A DNA stretch of 64,000 bases from Cladosporium halotolerans (GCF_011745625.1 NW_027191476.1:62001-126000); one strand, 5' to 3'. Counted from the first letter of the stretch, positions 13,940 through 26,582 are shown. Notes: generated by a model from the letters alone, not told the origin. Numbers and translations are program-made.

Positions 13940-14485
13940 ATGGCTACCACCAACTGGGGCCTGCTTCTCGGCCTAATCTTCGCCGTATTGCTATGCTCAA
14001 TTGCGATTGCTTTCCTAATTGCGTACTGCTACAACCGCTTCATCCGGACCGAGGAAGAGGAAGAGCTCAACGAGAAACATCTGTCTCTTCCTCGTCCTGC
14101 GACCGCGCCCACTGTCCCTGAGACACCAATCACTGGCACTGCTATCCAGTTCAACTTTTCTCGTCCAGTTTGGACCAACCGACTCTCGCTTCCCAAGAGA
14201 CTGTCGCAGTTCACGATCCCAGAGCACATGGCCGCAGGTGCCATTCCGGAGAACGAGAGCGTGACGACGCCAGCACGCACCCACCGCAGGAACAAATCCA
14301 GCCGCTCGGGCTGGACGCCGCACCACAAGAGGAACCACTCTCGCGCACAGCACTCGCGTGGCCGCTCGAGGCAGATGGTCGGCGACTTCATCATGGCGCC
14401 TGCGTACATCAAGCAGCACCAGCGTAACCGTCCCAGCATGCACTCTCGCACTACGTCTGGCCACACCAGACTCGGCAGCGGTTGA
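13940..14485 (+). CDS. Hypothetical single-pass membrane protein (181 aa)
   Basis: ATG in a good context (CACAATGG) after a CT-rich leader; hydrophobic N-terminal helix WGLLLGLIFAVLLCSIAIAFLIAYCY; basic His/Arg-rich tail. Confidence 0.6.
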   Translation: MATTNWGLLLGLIFAVLLCSIAIAFLIAYCYNRFIRTEEEEELNEKHLSLPRPATAPTVPETPITGTAIQFNFSRPVWTNRLSLPKRLSQFTIPEHMAAGAIPENESVTTPARTHRRNKSSRSGWTPHHKRNHSRAQHSRGRSRQMVGDFIMAPAYIKQHQRNRPSMHSRTTSGHTRLGSG

Positions 14486-16343
14486 GGCATTGCGAGAAGC
14501 CGGCAGATGATGCCGAGCACGAACACATTCTTTACTTTTCACGACCAATTTCTCTATTAATACTACTACACCCACACGAACGCAAAGCAACAACAGCGCT
14601 TCCTGTGCCAGTGGATACCAACTCCACCCCCGCCACATCTTCGGCGACGGCCATTGATATCGCCGTCTCTCAAGCAATGCTCCGAAACATAGCCCAGCCA
14701 CAGTGGTTCTGGCGCGGGCACAGCAACCGAGGTCGGCATCATTTGGACATGTGCTCGACCTGACGAGAAAAGTCTTGCAAGAGCGCATGGTTCCATGTGC
14801 CGAGAGACGGCAGGTTTGGGACATATCGCACATGATGGCGAGCACATGACAGGGTGGGAGCAAGGCATAGAATAGACATGCCAATGCTTGGAAGCCATAC
14901 ATGATCGATGGCTGGGGAGGAAAGCCGAGGGATGACCAGATACTACTGGTATAATGTCAAATAATGCATAGTCTAATCAGCAAAACCGTTCATCACTACA
15001 GATTTTCCATTCTCCAAATCGTTTGCACCCAGGGCGCTACATTCGCTTCTGAAAAGCCGCCATAATATCTTCCCGAGGCCTAGAAGGGCTAAGGAATGGA
15101 GCCGCGAGGTCACTGATACCGAGTGCCCGGCAGATGGGGTGTCTAGCTCAGCATGGGCCGTCGATCTATGGCCGGCCAAGTAATTAGCCTGCCATCGTCG
15201 CCCGCCGAATGTCTACCTATCCAGCCACATCCACATCCACGGCCACGCCGCCCTCACCCTTTTCACCAAACCCCCCGAGGGAGCAGCTTCGAAAACAAAC
15301 TCACTACGCGTCTGGCGGTGCTTCGTTGAAAGTGTACACATGGAACCGGAAATCATCTGCACACAACATAGAATCCAAAATCTCCCCCTGACTCTCCAAA
15401 ATCCGGCACCTAACGTCTGCTGTTGCTGATTCCTAATCTCCGCGTGCCGTCTCCACGTGGCGGCGGACTGCCGACCGCGCGCGGCAGAGATCACTCCTCC
15501 AAGAGCCATCGCACCGCACCATTGTACAACACCCTCGGCACTCCGTAAAGAAACAGAAAGTACGCCGTGCCTTGAAGTCTCCAGTGTTACCGCGTCCTGC
15601 CTTTCCCAGCCCGCGGGCTGGGATGCGAGCGCTTCGCTCGGCGGCGGTGAAACAACGCCGGCGAAGTTCAGTTGCCGACTCGCCGTCGCGGCAGCTCACG
15701 AAGGGGACTGGGCGACTTCTCCAACCACCAACCTCGTCCAAGGCGCTGGGGCGGGGAGTTAAAGAGCTCTAAGCTGGGCGCGAGCGGAGAGGAAGAAGGT
15801 AATATTCACACTTTCCGTGCAGACTCTAGGGCGCTGGACGCTCAGGTAGGCAATTGTACCTCGTTTCATCGAACCCGGATTCTGGCGCACTGAGAGAGGA
15901 GCATCCACTCCCACTCTGCCAACCTGCGTAGAAGACCTGACGACCCAAAGAAGCGGCTACACTCACTGCAGCATCCAACCCGTCCCGGCCGTGCCAGATC
16001 GCTCACCGAACAGGAAAGCGCAACTTAACGCAGCGATAGCAAAGTTGGCCTGAATCGCATCGCGCGGTTCTAGAAGCCCGCGCTCCGCAGCACTATCGAT
16101 TCGACCCGCGGCCGAAGCAGACTACCGTCGCAGGACCGCAAATAGCTACAAACCCTCTGCAGGAAGACGGGACGCTGTTTCTTCCAAAGAAAGAAAAAGT
16201 GCCGCCTCGGGTGAAATACATAAGCGGGCCACGTGCAAGCACACATCAACTTCATCCATTGTACGAATCTCACGACAACAGAGCTGACCCAAAAAATATC
16301 GTACCCAGCACACATCAAGCTACCCAGAAACTAGGCACCAATC

Positions 16344-16538
16344 ATGGACGCTATGGACACGATCACCCTGCACCACGCCCTCCAGCACCCACACTCCGAA
16401 AACCTCTTCTCGGGCTTGGTACTCATCGCGCTACTGACCTACTTCTACGCTGCCTTTGCCAAGGTGCTGAAAGCGGGACAGGGCGGAAAGCTCCAGCTCG
16501 GGAGTCGGATCTACTACTCTGAGGATGCTGCTGTTTGA
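16344..16538 (+). CDS. Possible small membrane protein (64 aa)
   Basis: CAATCATGG start context; one hydrophobic segment LFSGLVLIALLTYFYAAFA; same C-rich 5'/G-rich 3' skew as neighbouring genes. No recognised homology. Confidence 0.35.
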   Translation: MDAMDTITLHHALQHPHSENLFSGLVLIALLTYFYAAFAKVLKAGQGGKLQLGSRIYYSEDAAV

Positions 16539-16807
16539 GAAGTGGGAGCTGGGGCTGGGGTTGGAGGGGCATGACTTTACGATTTTGACGTTGATGCGGA
16601 TTGAGGATGAGGGGTGGGAGGGAGTATGGCGATCATTTACGACAGGTACGCAGGGTTTGCATTGTTCTGGACCAAAAGCACACAAGCGCCACGCGATTGG
16701 GACTGGTTCTGCCGAACGGGCCAAACCAACGACTTGAGAGGAAAACGACATTTTACGATCGGCTACGTACGGGCGGCGGCAACTGCAAACAGTAAGGGCT
16801 GTCGAAA

Positions 16808-18124
16808 TCAGTGTTTCCCATGCCCGAGTTCCTCTTTCGCCAGCAGGGCGAAAGCCACCATGATCAAGGTGCCACCGATATAAGTTGCTAGTGAAGGGTC
16901 GAGGCCGAAGACCAGCCAGTCCGCGACGGCCACGAAAAAGACGCTCAGCCTGACGACCGTTAGCAGATTGGACAGAGAGTGCAACAGGATCGCGACTCAC
17001 ACAGAGGCAACTGAGGCAAAGACGGGGCTCGTCCATGTGACAAGAGCAAGGAGCGCGGTCATGGCCACTGCAAATTTGTCAGAATTGCGACACAGGCCGA
17101 AAGCGATTCGCTTACCTGATCCCGCCGAGACGGAAAGCAGAACATATCCAAGAACGTGCAGACTGGGCAAAACGAACGGCTCGACGCCGATGAAATGCAT
17201 GATTACGAGAACGATCCAGAAGAATGAAAACGTGTATACGCCGGTCAAAGCCGAAGCAGCAAGTGTCAGGTTCAAGCTCGACTTGGGGCTGACAGATTGG
17301 GAAGGGCAGGCCCATTTTTTGAATAGCACTTCGTAGAGACCAAATGCAATGGCGCCAATGAGGGCGATGATGTTTCCGAACAAACGGGATGCACCGAGAG
17401 CGGGAGTCTCATCGGCGCTGTCGGCAGAGTGAGCGGTGGTATCACCATAAGCGATCGTGAAGGTGCCCATAATCGAGAGCGCCACGGCCAGAATGCCTAT
17501 CCAGCCCACTTTCTGGCGCAGGATCGGCACACTGAAGGCTGCAGCGAAGAATGTAGAGCAATTGTAAATTGCGGTAAGATCGCTTGGTGTCGTGAAGACC
17601 AGAGATAGAAACCACGAGACACCACTCACTGTCAGTACGACGGTGACGATGCCCATCGTCGTTGCCAGGTAGTCCAGTGGGCCTCCTAGGGAACCAGGTC
17701 GCTTGAGCACAATGGATGGGCCGCTGACGGCGAAAGCCTCAACGGTAGACACAGATGCCCGCAGTCCATTGTTGTAATCCCTGACCCAGATGGAATAGGG
17801 TTTATCTCGTTGATTGAAGCGAAGATAGGCCAGATGAATGAGCCAGGGTAAAGCTATTGAGCTGTGCATGATATACAAGCTGCAGAAAGGCTTCTTCCAG
17901 CCGAGGATGTCCTCATAGTAAGCTGCGGATTCGGTCTGAGTGACCAGTCCAGCAATTGCAATGATCAGAGCACCGGCCACGAATAGCTTCGGTGCGCCTT
18001 TTTGTGGTTTCGACTCGGACAATGCGAATGATGGTCGCCTGTTGCCATCCAGATGATAAAGCTCAACGTCCTCACTCGATCGCCCACTATCCAGCAGTGG
18101 CTCTTGATGCCGTCGTTGATCCAT
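16808..18124 (-). CDS. EamA/DMT-superfamily transporter (SLC35F/Thi74-like); introns 17068-17115 and 16950-17000
   Basis: About 10 hydrophobic segments; motifs SDLTAIYNCSTFFAAAFSVPIL and GAIAFGLYEVLFKK. Splicing gives ...TSPVFASVASVLSVFFVAVADW...ELGHGKH*. Confidence 0.8.
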
Positions 18125-18681
18125 ATTTGATGAAGAGCCCGGCGTGCCTGGGAATCCTGGCCCCGTAAACACTGGGACTTGGGTGCGGTGTGGATGTCGT
18201 GGCTTGTTCGGCCGAAGCCAGCAGGGAGTGAGACGCTTTGTTCACCGGGCCATGATGGCTGAAGTGGGACCGGCCAAGAAGACAGACGGCAACACTATTC
18301 GCCGGCAGGTAACAGAGGCCGCAATACTGAAGCTGATGCAGGCAGAATGTGCACTGCCTGCGATGCTCAGAAAGCAATAGACGCCTGCCACCGCGAAGTG
18401 CAGCTGCCAGTAGGGACGCTCGATTTCCATTGTCTTCTGATGCCATTGACTATGTTAGCGCCGGCTGCTCCCGCTTAAGCTTGACTTTAGTCGCCGGCCG
18501 ACAAGTCACCCGCGCTCCGCATCTGGTGACCACTCACGACTGCAGCACTTGCTTCGCACGCCACAAACCTCTGCACCCATCCAGCCCTTGCGCCCACCAC
18601 ACACACCACCCCTCACACGCACTCGGCCGGCCACTGTCGCCTCCCACTCCCACACCTCGCGGAGCAAGCCAGCCTGTCGCC

Positions 18682-19734
18682 ATGAGCACGGTGATTCCAA
18701 ACAACCCGCTGGCCGCTCCGCATCTCTTCCAGGACCCTCGCCTTTCGCCCGCCCGCTCTGGTACGTCAGCGAAGAGCTTATACCAGCTCCAAGCACACAG
18801 CACGACTGCGAGCTTTGGCGGGTGGCAGCAGGCTAACACGAATGCCACAGACGGCCTTCAACAGCATAACATGTCCGGTCGCAAGAGAAAGGCCGACGAA
18901 GAGCTCGACAACGACCGCAGCCACGACCGCATGTCCACCTCACCCACTGCCTCGCCCTCCATGCAGCACCGAGCTCTGCCTGCACAACGCACCATCAAGC
19001 GCACCCGCACACACACTTCCGCCGGCCGCCCGTTGCCTCTAGGCCGACTCCTCCAAACCCTTTCAGCAGACGAGCTCCGCAACCTTGTGCAGAACATCTG
19101 CAATGAACGCTCCGACATCCGAGACACCATAGTTACCAAGGCTCCACGCCCATCTGTCGAATCAACGCTCTCTGTCCTTTCAAAGTACGAACACGACTTT
19201 CGCGAATCTTTTCCGCTGGGCAACCGCCCCACTTCCGACTACGCATACAACCGTGTCCGCCAAAGCCTCCTGCAGCTTATCGAAGCACTCCGCGACTACA
19301 CACCCTACTACCTCCCGCCTCAAGAGACTCAGACCGGCCTTTCGCTTTCATATCTAGATGCGGTCACCAATATCATCCACCGACTGCCCGACTGGGACAC
19401 ATACCAGCACCAAAGACACAAGAACGACGCATATGACGAGATCGGAAGGGCGTGGGCTCTTGTTATCCGGGAGGCTGCCAAGACTGCAGGCGGATTCAGA
19501 CTCCAGCTCGGAAACTGGGATCAGAAACTGATGGAGCACAACAATAAGAGCGGAGGCAGAATAACTGAAGCCGTGAACGAATTGCAGGGTGCCATGGGAT
19601 ACACACAAACCGGCGCAGCCGATCCTGGCCCCTCGCAGCCAAGTGCTATGGACCAGCGCGCAGCCATCCGCCAGCAGCTTCTCTCTGGAACTTACGGCGC
19701 TCCGGAGCTGGGCGTTGGCCCTGGGCACTGGTAG
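18682..19734 (+). CDS. STS1: Tethering factor for nuclear proteasome, Cut8/Sts1
   Basis: NLS-like GRKRKAD, GRPLPLGRLLQTL, APRPSVESTL, SDYAYNRVRQ and YLPPQE motifs typical of the Cut8 family. Confidence 0.88.
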   Translation: MSTVIPNNPLAAPHLFQDPRLSPARSGTSAKSLYQLQAHSTTASFGGWQQANTNATDGLQQHNMSGRKRKADEELDNDRSHDRMSTSPTASPSMQHRALPAQRTIKRTRTHTSAGRPLPLGRLLQTLSADELRNLVQNICNERSDIRDTIVTKAPRPSVESTLSVLSKYEHDFRESFPLGNRPTSDYAYNRVRQSLLQLIEALRDYTPYYLPPQETQTGLSLSYLDAVTNIIHRLPDWDTYQHQRHKNDAYDEIGRAWALVIREAAKTAGGFRLQLGNWDQKLMEHNNKSGGRITEAVNELQGAMGYTQTGAADPGPSQPSAMDQRAAIRQQLLSGTYGAPELGVGPGHW

Positions 19735-20197
19735 GAGCATTGTCCCGGAATTTGGGCTGATTCGGATTGATTGACTGAAACTATTTGGTTTGCTTTTATT
19801 CACTGCTAGCGCGGATTGGCACGGAGTTTTGCTTTTTCACCACTCGGGCATATTGGGACCCAAATCAACGACTACACTACTTTTGCCCACTAGAGGCGCC
19901 TGTGCGTGACCGCAGGGCTGAGATTGACGACAAGTGCAACACTCACTGCACAAACTAGCATAGATCGAGCTTGAGAAAAGAAAGGCTCCATATATACCCA
20001 CAATAGGAAATGTTTCTTTTGTTGCAAGATCTACATGTCCACTCCGTGCTGTCCTGCCCATCAACATTACCGCCTTGAAGCTTCTGATCAAACTATCAAG
20101 GCATGCTGTGTCGACAAGACCGTTCTCTAGTCTCTGTATAAATACACATGCACTCGCTCAAAAACGCTAAACCACTAAACTCCATCCCCAATCGAAA

Positions 20198-22845
20198 CTA
20201 ACCCATCCCCTCCCCCAAATTCATCTCATAATACGCCTGCACCACCCTCCTCCTATCGCCCCCACCAACCCTCTCAACAACCCACCTGCCCTCCTCCCAC
20301 CTCTTCCCCGCAACCACCCTCCCAGCCTCCCCATGCGTCATCGCCCACAGACTCCTCGAAATGCCCAAACCCGGATACGCCACGACGCCCAGCCCCGCAC
20401 TCACACTCTTCGTGACAAAACTCCCCCCGCCCCTGCCCAGCCCTTTCACACCGCCCCAGAAGCCCTCCCTCTTCGCGCCCGCGACCGGCTCGCGCGCGAG
20501 GTCCATCGCGCCGTCGCGCAGCCCGAGCACCAGCGACTTGCCCGCGACGAGGAAGCCGGACTGCGCGTTTGTGATCGGGGGCCCGTAGGTGGTCACGGGG
20601 GAGTTCCAGAGGCGCGGGGCGGAGCGGAAGCCCTCTGCTGTCGCGAGGGGGAGGTCGACGAGGATGCCTTTTGTGTAGGAGCCGAGGACGTGGGCGAGGG
20701 ATTTGGAGGAGGCGAGGGCCATGTTGGCTGCGAGGTTGGGGTTGGAGGGGGAGGTACTGGTGGTGGTGGTGGTGGTGGTGGTGGTGGCGGAGGGGTTGGG
20801 ATTGGAGGAGGAGGGAGTGCTGCTTTTGATTGAGGAGGTGGGGCTTGAGGGCCGACTTTTGCTTTTGGGTAGATGTGTTTTGCTGCTGCTTGGTTGGGCG
20901 CTGCGGCTGCGGCCGCGTCGGTATTCTTCGGCGGGTTTGAGGAAGATGTTGGAGGTCGCGGTGAACATGTCGGCGCCTATGCCGAGGGCGGAAGATGTCG
21001 TGCCTGTCACAGGGTCCCAGCGGTGGTTTTCGATGAGGATTGGATTGGAGCGGTAACTGGGTGCGTCAGTTCTGTTGATGTGAAGAAATGGAGGACCAAG
21101 GAAGGCACTCACGGCTTGAAATTCTTCGCATCCACGCCCTCATCTCGCGCAAGGATCTCAGCGGCGACGCGAGATATTCGCTTAGTCTTCTTGTTCACTT
21201 TCACCGTCCACGAAGCAGGCTGGTCGGGCAGGAAATCGCAGCGCATTTTCTCCACCGGCAGGTTGTTCACGAAAGACAGCACAGCAGCCTGCACGCCGTC
21301 TTCCTTCGCCATCTGCGCAGCGATACCCGCCGCTGCAGCCTGCGCTGCGTCTTCGAGGCAAAACCGGAGAGCATCAGCTAACTTCTCGGCCGTCAGAGTC
21401 TTGTGCGGAATAGGCGAGGGGCCTGCGCCGGCTGCGGCGATCATGTCGCCCCAGAAAGGTTGGTCGCCGAAGAAAGGGACGACGACAGTCGGACGGGAGT
21501 TACGGAGTCCGCAGGCTGCTGTGCCAGCGCCGCCGTGATGGACGACGGCGGAGACATGCTGGAAGAGCCACTCGTGAGGGCAGTCGTCAAGCCAGTAGAG
21601 GTCTGGGCGCGCGGGACCGTTGAGTCGGCTCCAGCCATGGGAGATGATGGCGCGTAGGCCGCAGGCTGTCACGGCCTCGAGGATGAGCGAAGACATGGCG
21701 GCGGCATTGTCGAGCACGATGGAGCCGAAGCCGATGTAGACTGGTGGTGGGCCGGCGGCGAGGAAGTCCGCGAGGGCTTTCGGGGGCGTATAATTAGGTG
21801 CTCCGCGGAAGAAAAAGCCTGATACGTCGATGTAGGCTGGCCAGTCTTTGGGTTTGGGGATGAGAGCAGGAGACCAGCAGTATGTGAAAGGGATAGACAG
21901 GGTCGACGCCAGCATCGGCCCTTCGGTATTCGGCACTGGTTCCAAACCAATCCTCTTACGCCAATCATTGATCACATCACCAAGACCTTGCCAGGTCATA
22001 ATCTCGACCAAGACATACGACAAGTAGTTCGCGGCCTTCGGATTTTTCTTCCCGTCAGTGATGTTAGCCAGGGGGTGCGGAAACGACGACGTTGCAGTCC
22101 ACGGCATCGTAAACATCATATGGAGAGGGATGCCCAGCGCCTCGGCGCAGTGCATATGAGCAAAACTCGGCGGGTTAGCAATAATAGCGTCCGCAACGAA
22201 CGGGTCGCCCGTCAACGGATCCGCCTCAATACAGCTCCTCCAGCATCCCTCCAGCATCTCCACGATCATCTGCCGCTTGCGCGAGATATCGCCCGCGCGG
22301 AGCGACTTCATGCTCGGCATGAGGCCGGGGTTCTTGACCATATAGGACATCAAATCCTCCGGATCGCCGCCAATGGGATAGAACTCCAGGCCAGCGTCGT
22401 GGACGAAGGATTCGAATTTCGCGTGAGTGGCGAGTCGGACGCGGTGGCCGTACTTCTGCAGGCCGTTGGCCAGCGCGACGAAGGGCTGCACATCGCCTCG
22501 ACTGCCGACGACTTGGATCACTATATTCAGCCGGAGGGGAAATTGATCGGGCGAGGCGAAGCGGATGTAGTCGGGAGGCGGCGCGGTGTCCTGACTGTCG
22601 GGCGGGATCGTCACGAGCTTTGAGAGAGTCCTGCTCAGGCGAGAGTCTATGTCTATGTCGATGCGGCCATCATCGTCTGCTGAGTGGTTAGTTGGCCTTT
22701 CTTTCGCGTGTAACGGAGCGAGGGCCTTACGCATCGTTGCAGTGTCTCCGACGCCTCCGACGACACCATCCAGAGCGACTTGTACATCCTCTTCATTGTA
22801 CGGGGGCGGGGTGAGATCTCCAGATCTCGGATCCCTCTTGTCCAT
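20198..22845 (-). CDS. UDP-glycosyltransferase family 1, sterol 3-beta-glucosyltransferase (UGT80-like) without PH/GRAM domains; introns 22680-22730, 21057-21112
   Basis: LNIVIQVVGSRGDVQPF, IIANPPSFAHMHCAEALG, PVYIGFGS, VVHHGGAGT and PFFGDQPFWG motifs; C-terminal domain with EPVAGAKREG. Confidence 0.9.
20758..20787. repeat. (TGG)10 microsatellite encoding poly-Thr in the glycosyltransferase C-terminal region
   Basis: Perfect trinucleotide repeat visible in the sequence. Confidence 0.9.
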
Positions 22846-23367
22846 CGTTGTGGTGAAATTGTGCAAAGACCTTACCAAGTCAATGGCCGCCAGGCACCAG
22901 GATAGCCTACCTTAAATAGAGGTGAGCGATAGCTCAGCCTTAAACCCTACCAATGCCCCACCAGGCCACCACATTTCTTCAGACGGCAGCATTTCGACGA
23001 ATGGCAAGGAAAAGCCAACGCGAACTTGCGTGGTGTGATGGTAGCGTCAGGTCTGCGAGGCTTGAACCTTCGCGAGCAGCTTGCGAACGTCGTGCAGAGA
23101 CCCGCCTCGGGCTTCCTCGGATTCGAAAGCGAGGGTGAATGCGAGGCGCTCGGGACGAGCACGCGTATCCTGTACGCAAACACAACATAGCCTCAATAAC
23201 AGACGACACAAATGGTATATATGCAGACGATAGACAATGAAGATGAAGAATCATCCTAGCATTTTCATCAGCGTTCACTGCCATCGAAGAACTACTGCAT
23301 CGCTCTCTTGAACCATTTCAATTGAAAGCCAACATAAAATCGATCGCTCCATCGGATCGCAACCCCA

Positions 23368-24004
23368 ATGCTCGCCTCAATCCTCACCTTCAACGAAACC
23401 TGGAAATTCAAAGTCCACATCCTCCAAATCGCCCTAATCATCCTCGCCATAACCCTCTCCATCGCACGAGTCACAATCAAAAACCCGCCAGCCTCGCGAG
23501 CGAACACCGTCGCCATAACTCTAGTAAACAACAACTTACCCCATTTCAAAACCATCGAGCCTTCCGACTGACGCGAAATTAACACCAGGGCCTCAAATCC
23601 CTCCTCGTGATAGCCTACCAGCTGCTGACGGAGCACACGCACCGCTTCGGCAAGTGGGCGAGCACGAAAGCGAACGCCATCCTCAACAGTCTCGAGGTCG
23701 TCTTCTGGCTCGCCGTCCTCGTCGTGACGGGGAAAACGCTGTCGGGGACGAAAGGCGCGGCGGCGGGGCTGAGCGCTGTTGTGCTGGTGCTTGCTATCGC
23801 TTTGGAGTAAGAGTCACTTTTTCCCCATTGAGTAGAACCGAGCATCATGGCTGACGAGACTTTGGCAGAATCCTGAGCATCTGGGTGGCGGCGTGCTCGA
23901 TCAAAGTGCACAGGCGGGCGAAAATGGGCGGCAGCAGGATTGCGGCGATGCCGGACTACGCTGCTTATCCGAAAGCGGCGGGGTCGATGCGCGAGAGGAG
24001 GTAG
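23368..24004 (+). CDS. Hypothetical four-TM membrane protein (MARVEL-like topology); introns 23524-23588, 23807-23868
   Basis: Two GT..CTGAC..CAG introns join three fragments into one frame with four hydrophobic helices, ending ...GSMRERR*. Confidence 0.75.
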
Positions 24005-26128
24005 GCTGCAGGGTTGGTGTTTGGGGTTGTGCGGTTGGTGAGTGTGGTGCGCTGGATGCTGTAGCTTGCTTTGAGATAGATGGGGCGTCTGATGCGTTGG
24101 GCAAGCTTTATGGTAGATGGCTACGCGTATCGGATGGCTGAGTCTTGGTAACGAAGATGATTCATGCCTAGCTTTAAATGTTGATGATACCAGAGACTCT
24201 GGTTTCTTGAGGAAACTCATCGCTTGTGGGACGATCATGTAAAAGCGTACAAGGAGTACGCCTTCCGTCGACAACTGGTCTTTGATGAGTCAACTGCCTA
24301 AAATCATTCGAGATCCTTCTGCGACGTTTCACCTAGACAACAGAAGAAGGGCATTCGTCGGATCTCGTGTGTAAGTGAATACGCGCGTAACCACCGTATG
24401 CCGTGTACCGCCACGTGGATGTACACTATCAGACAAGGCGACCAACACAGCATCAGTATCGCACTGCATCTCCCGCGTGCAGAGCTGACGTCGGCCTCAC
24501 GGCCACAACAGCTTCGGACGCTGCCCGACACTAACAACCTACCAAAAACAAATTGCGGTGATCGCCTCACGTCATGCCGTGCGAAAGGTGGTGCAATAGC
24601 CACGTGCGGCCAGCAAATGTCGATGCGCAACTCTACGGCGAAAAGTCGCTATCCAACGGCCAGCAAATACAGCTGACTCGCAGCGTAGATGATACACGCC
24701 AGGGGATGCCTGTAGTCGGCCGGGCGTCTGCGCGCAACGATGCGCTGGTCGAAGCTGCGCACGTACTGCACTGCAATAGTGCGTATTCGATGGCGATGCG
24801 GTGAACGGGCGAGATCGTGCTTCGCCTCGCTTGTCGTGATGGGCAATACGAATGGGCATCCATTGGGTCGGTGAATCATGGGGCCCAGCGACGCGGGACA
24901 GATGCCTGTAGGATCTGCGGCTTATCAGGGCGTTTTATCGCGGAGTTTGGCCTAACGACCTTACAAATTGGGATTCTGGTAGAGGGCAAGGCAGGTCGCA
25001 GGGCAAAGTGAGGCGACGCTCGAGGGGCTGCGGCGCATAATACTGCGATGTTGTATGTACGGCGTGCGGCGCGAGATTGCTGCTGTCTGAGAGCATTGTG
25101 CGACAACTTCTCAGCCACTGCTCCAGGCTGCCGATGAGGCGCGAGCCCAGCCTCAGATGAAGAGGTAATCGATCGAGGCCGTTGCAGTCAATGTGTTGTA
25201 GCTGTTGGCAGAGCGATCAGCTCGCTGGGCGATGCCTGTCGAGTAGCCGGCTGGGTGCAGACGCAGTCATCTGTGCTGCTGGCTGGAAATTGCTTCACGG
25301 AGCGGTGCGTGGACGGGCTTGCGAGTCACGGGCAACAGCTGCGCATGCAGACACCCTGCCGCTGATGCTGCTGTGTTGAGAAGCACATTGCGGCCGGGGC
25401 GAGCACTAGGAGGACGACTTGTGGCGGGGCTGACGAGAGTATTTATACAAAGGGATGTAGACGTACACCCATGCTACAGTCAGCTCAGCGCGCGACAGAA
25501 TAGGCGGGCTGAGGCAGGAGTGAAAGAATGATGAAGCAGGCGAGTGCGGTAAGCAGGGTGCTGAGTCGGGCGCACGAGAGAGGGATGGGTGTTTGCCTAT
25601 TCATGCACGCCCGTTCTGACGCGTGCGGCCGAGATGAGGAGCCGAAATGAACCGGGGCGATTGGCACGCAGTAGCAGCGGTAGCGGCGAGCAGACAGTAG
25701 TGGAGGAGCGCGCGACATGGCCCGACGACTAGGTTTGAGACGTGGTCGCGCGCGCGGGAGGATGGAGAACTGGAGGCGGGAATATATGGACTAATATAAT
25801 GGCGCGTGGCCGCTGCACGCGAGCTCGACGAGGCCGCTGCGATGGAGTGAAACCGCGCGTGCGAGGATCAACTGACAGCGGGCGGCGGGTGCACAGGACG
25901 TGACACAGGGCTAGGCCTGCGAATGTGTGTGTGTAGTGCCTTGGTGGTGATTGCGGCGAGTAATGCGGTATGTACCCGCGTACACCGGTGGCGAGGCGTG
26001 CGGGTGGTGGTGGCGTGTGGGTGTGAGTGCTTGTCGTCTTGTCTTCAGACATGGCAGATGGCCGAGCGGAGATCTCTGACGGAGAATGCTCGGCGTGGGA
26101 GGCCTTAGGTTGTATTGCCAGGCACAAC

Positions 26129-26234
26129 CATGCAGCCAGCCTTAGGACTGGAAAGTCAGGCATGCAGCCAGCCTGAGGTACCTAGCCAGGCATGCACCCA
26201 GCCTGAGGTACCTTACCGAGCCAGGCATGCAGCC
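26129..26234. repeat. Degenerate ~30-bp tandem repeat (CAGGCATGCAGCCAGCCTGAGGTACCTAGC), about 3.5 copies
   Basis: Units start near 26129 (partial), 26157, 26187 and 26222; non-coding, upstream of the SOK1-like gene. Confidence 0.8.
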
Positions 26235-26579
26235 TCTGCGCGCCATCCTTTCCACGGTACCGCGGCGCATCGCGCATGGCTCGCTGGACGCTACTGGACC
26301 TTATATACCGCCTGAGGCACCCACTAGCAATGGCGTACCTAGTGGCATCGTCCCTGCAGTAAGGCAGATCTCTCGCCGTCGTGCCGGCTGATCTGCCCTC
26401 GCGCCACCGCCCGCCACACCTCGCCCGCGAGTGAGACAGCCCGACAGCCCTCGCCCCTGATGCGCGCGCGCCGCCCGCAACAGCAACGTAAGGGCGTCCG
26501 AGCGACGACGGGAGTGCGCACTGCGGCACTGCGGCACCGCGGCACTGCACATCCAACACCAGCGCCGGCCTCCGCGCCC

Positions 26580-26582
<3 letters not shown>

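Noticed and set aside
18349..18681. Open frames upstream of the STS1 and ECM25 (46917-47171) ATGs as N-terminal extensions
   Set aside because: They begin at non-ATG codons with low-complexity, UTR-like translations; expected in GC-rich leaders.
20198..24004. Glycosyltransferase plus membrane protein as a secondary-metabolite cluster
   Set aside because: No PKS, NRPS, terpene synthase or tailoring genes in the window.
26129..26234. 30-bp repeats as a CRISPR-like array
   Set aside because: Eukaryotic context, adjacent units without unique spacers, and no cas genes.
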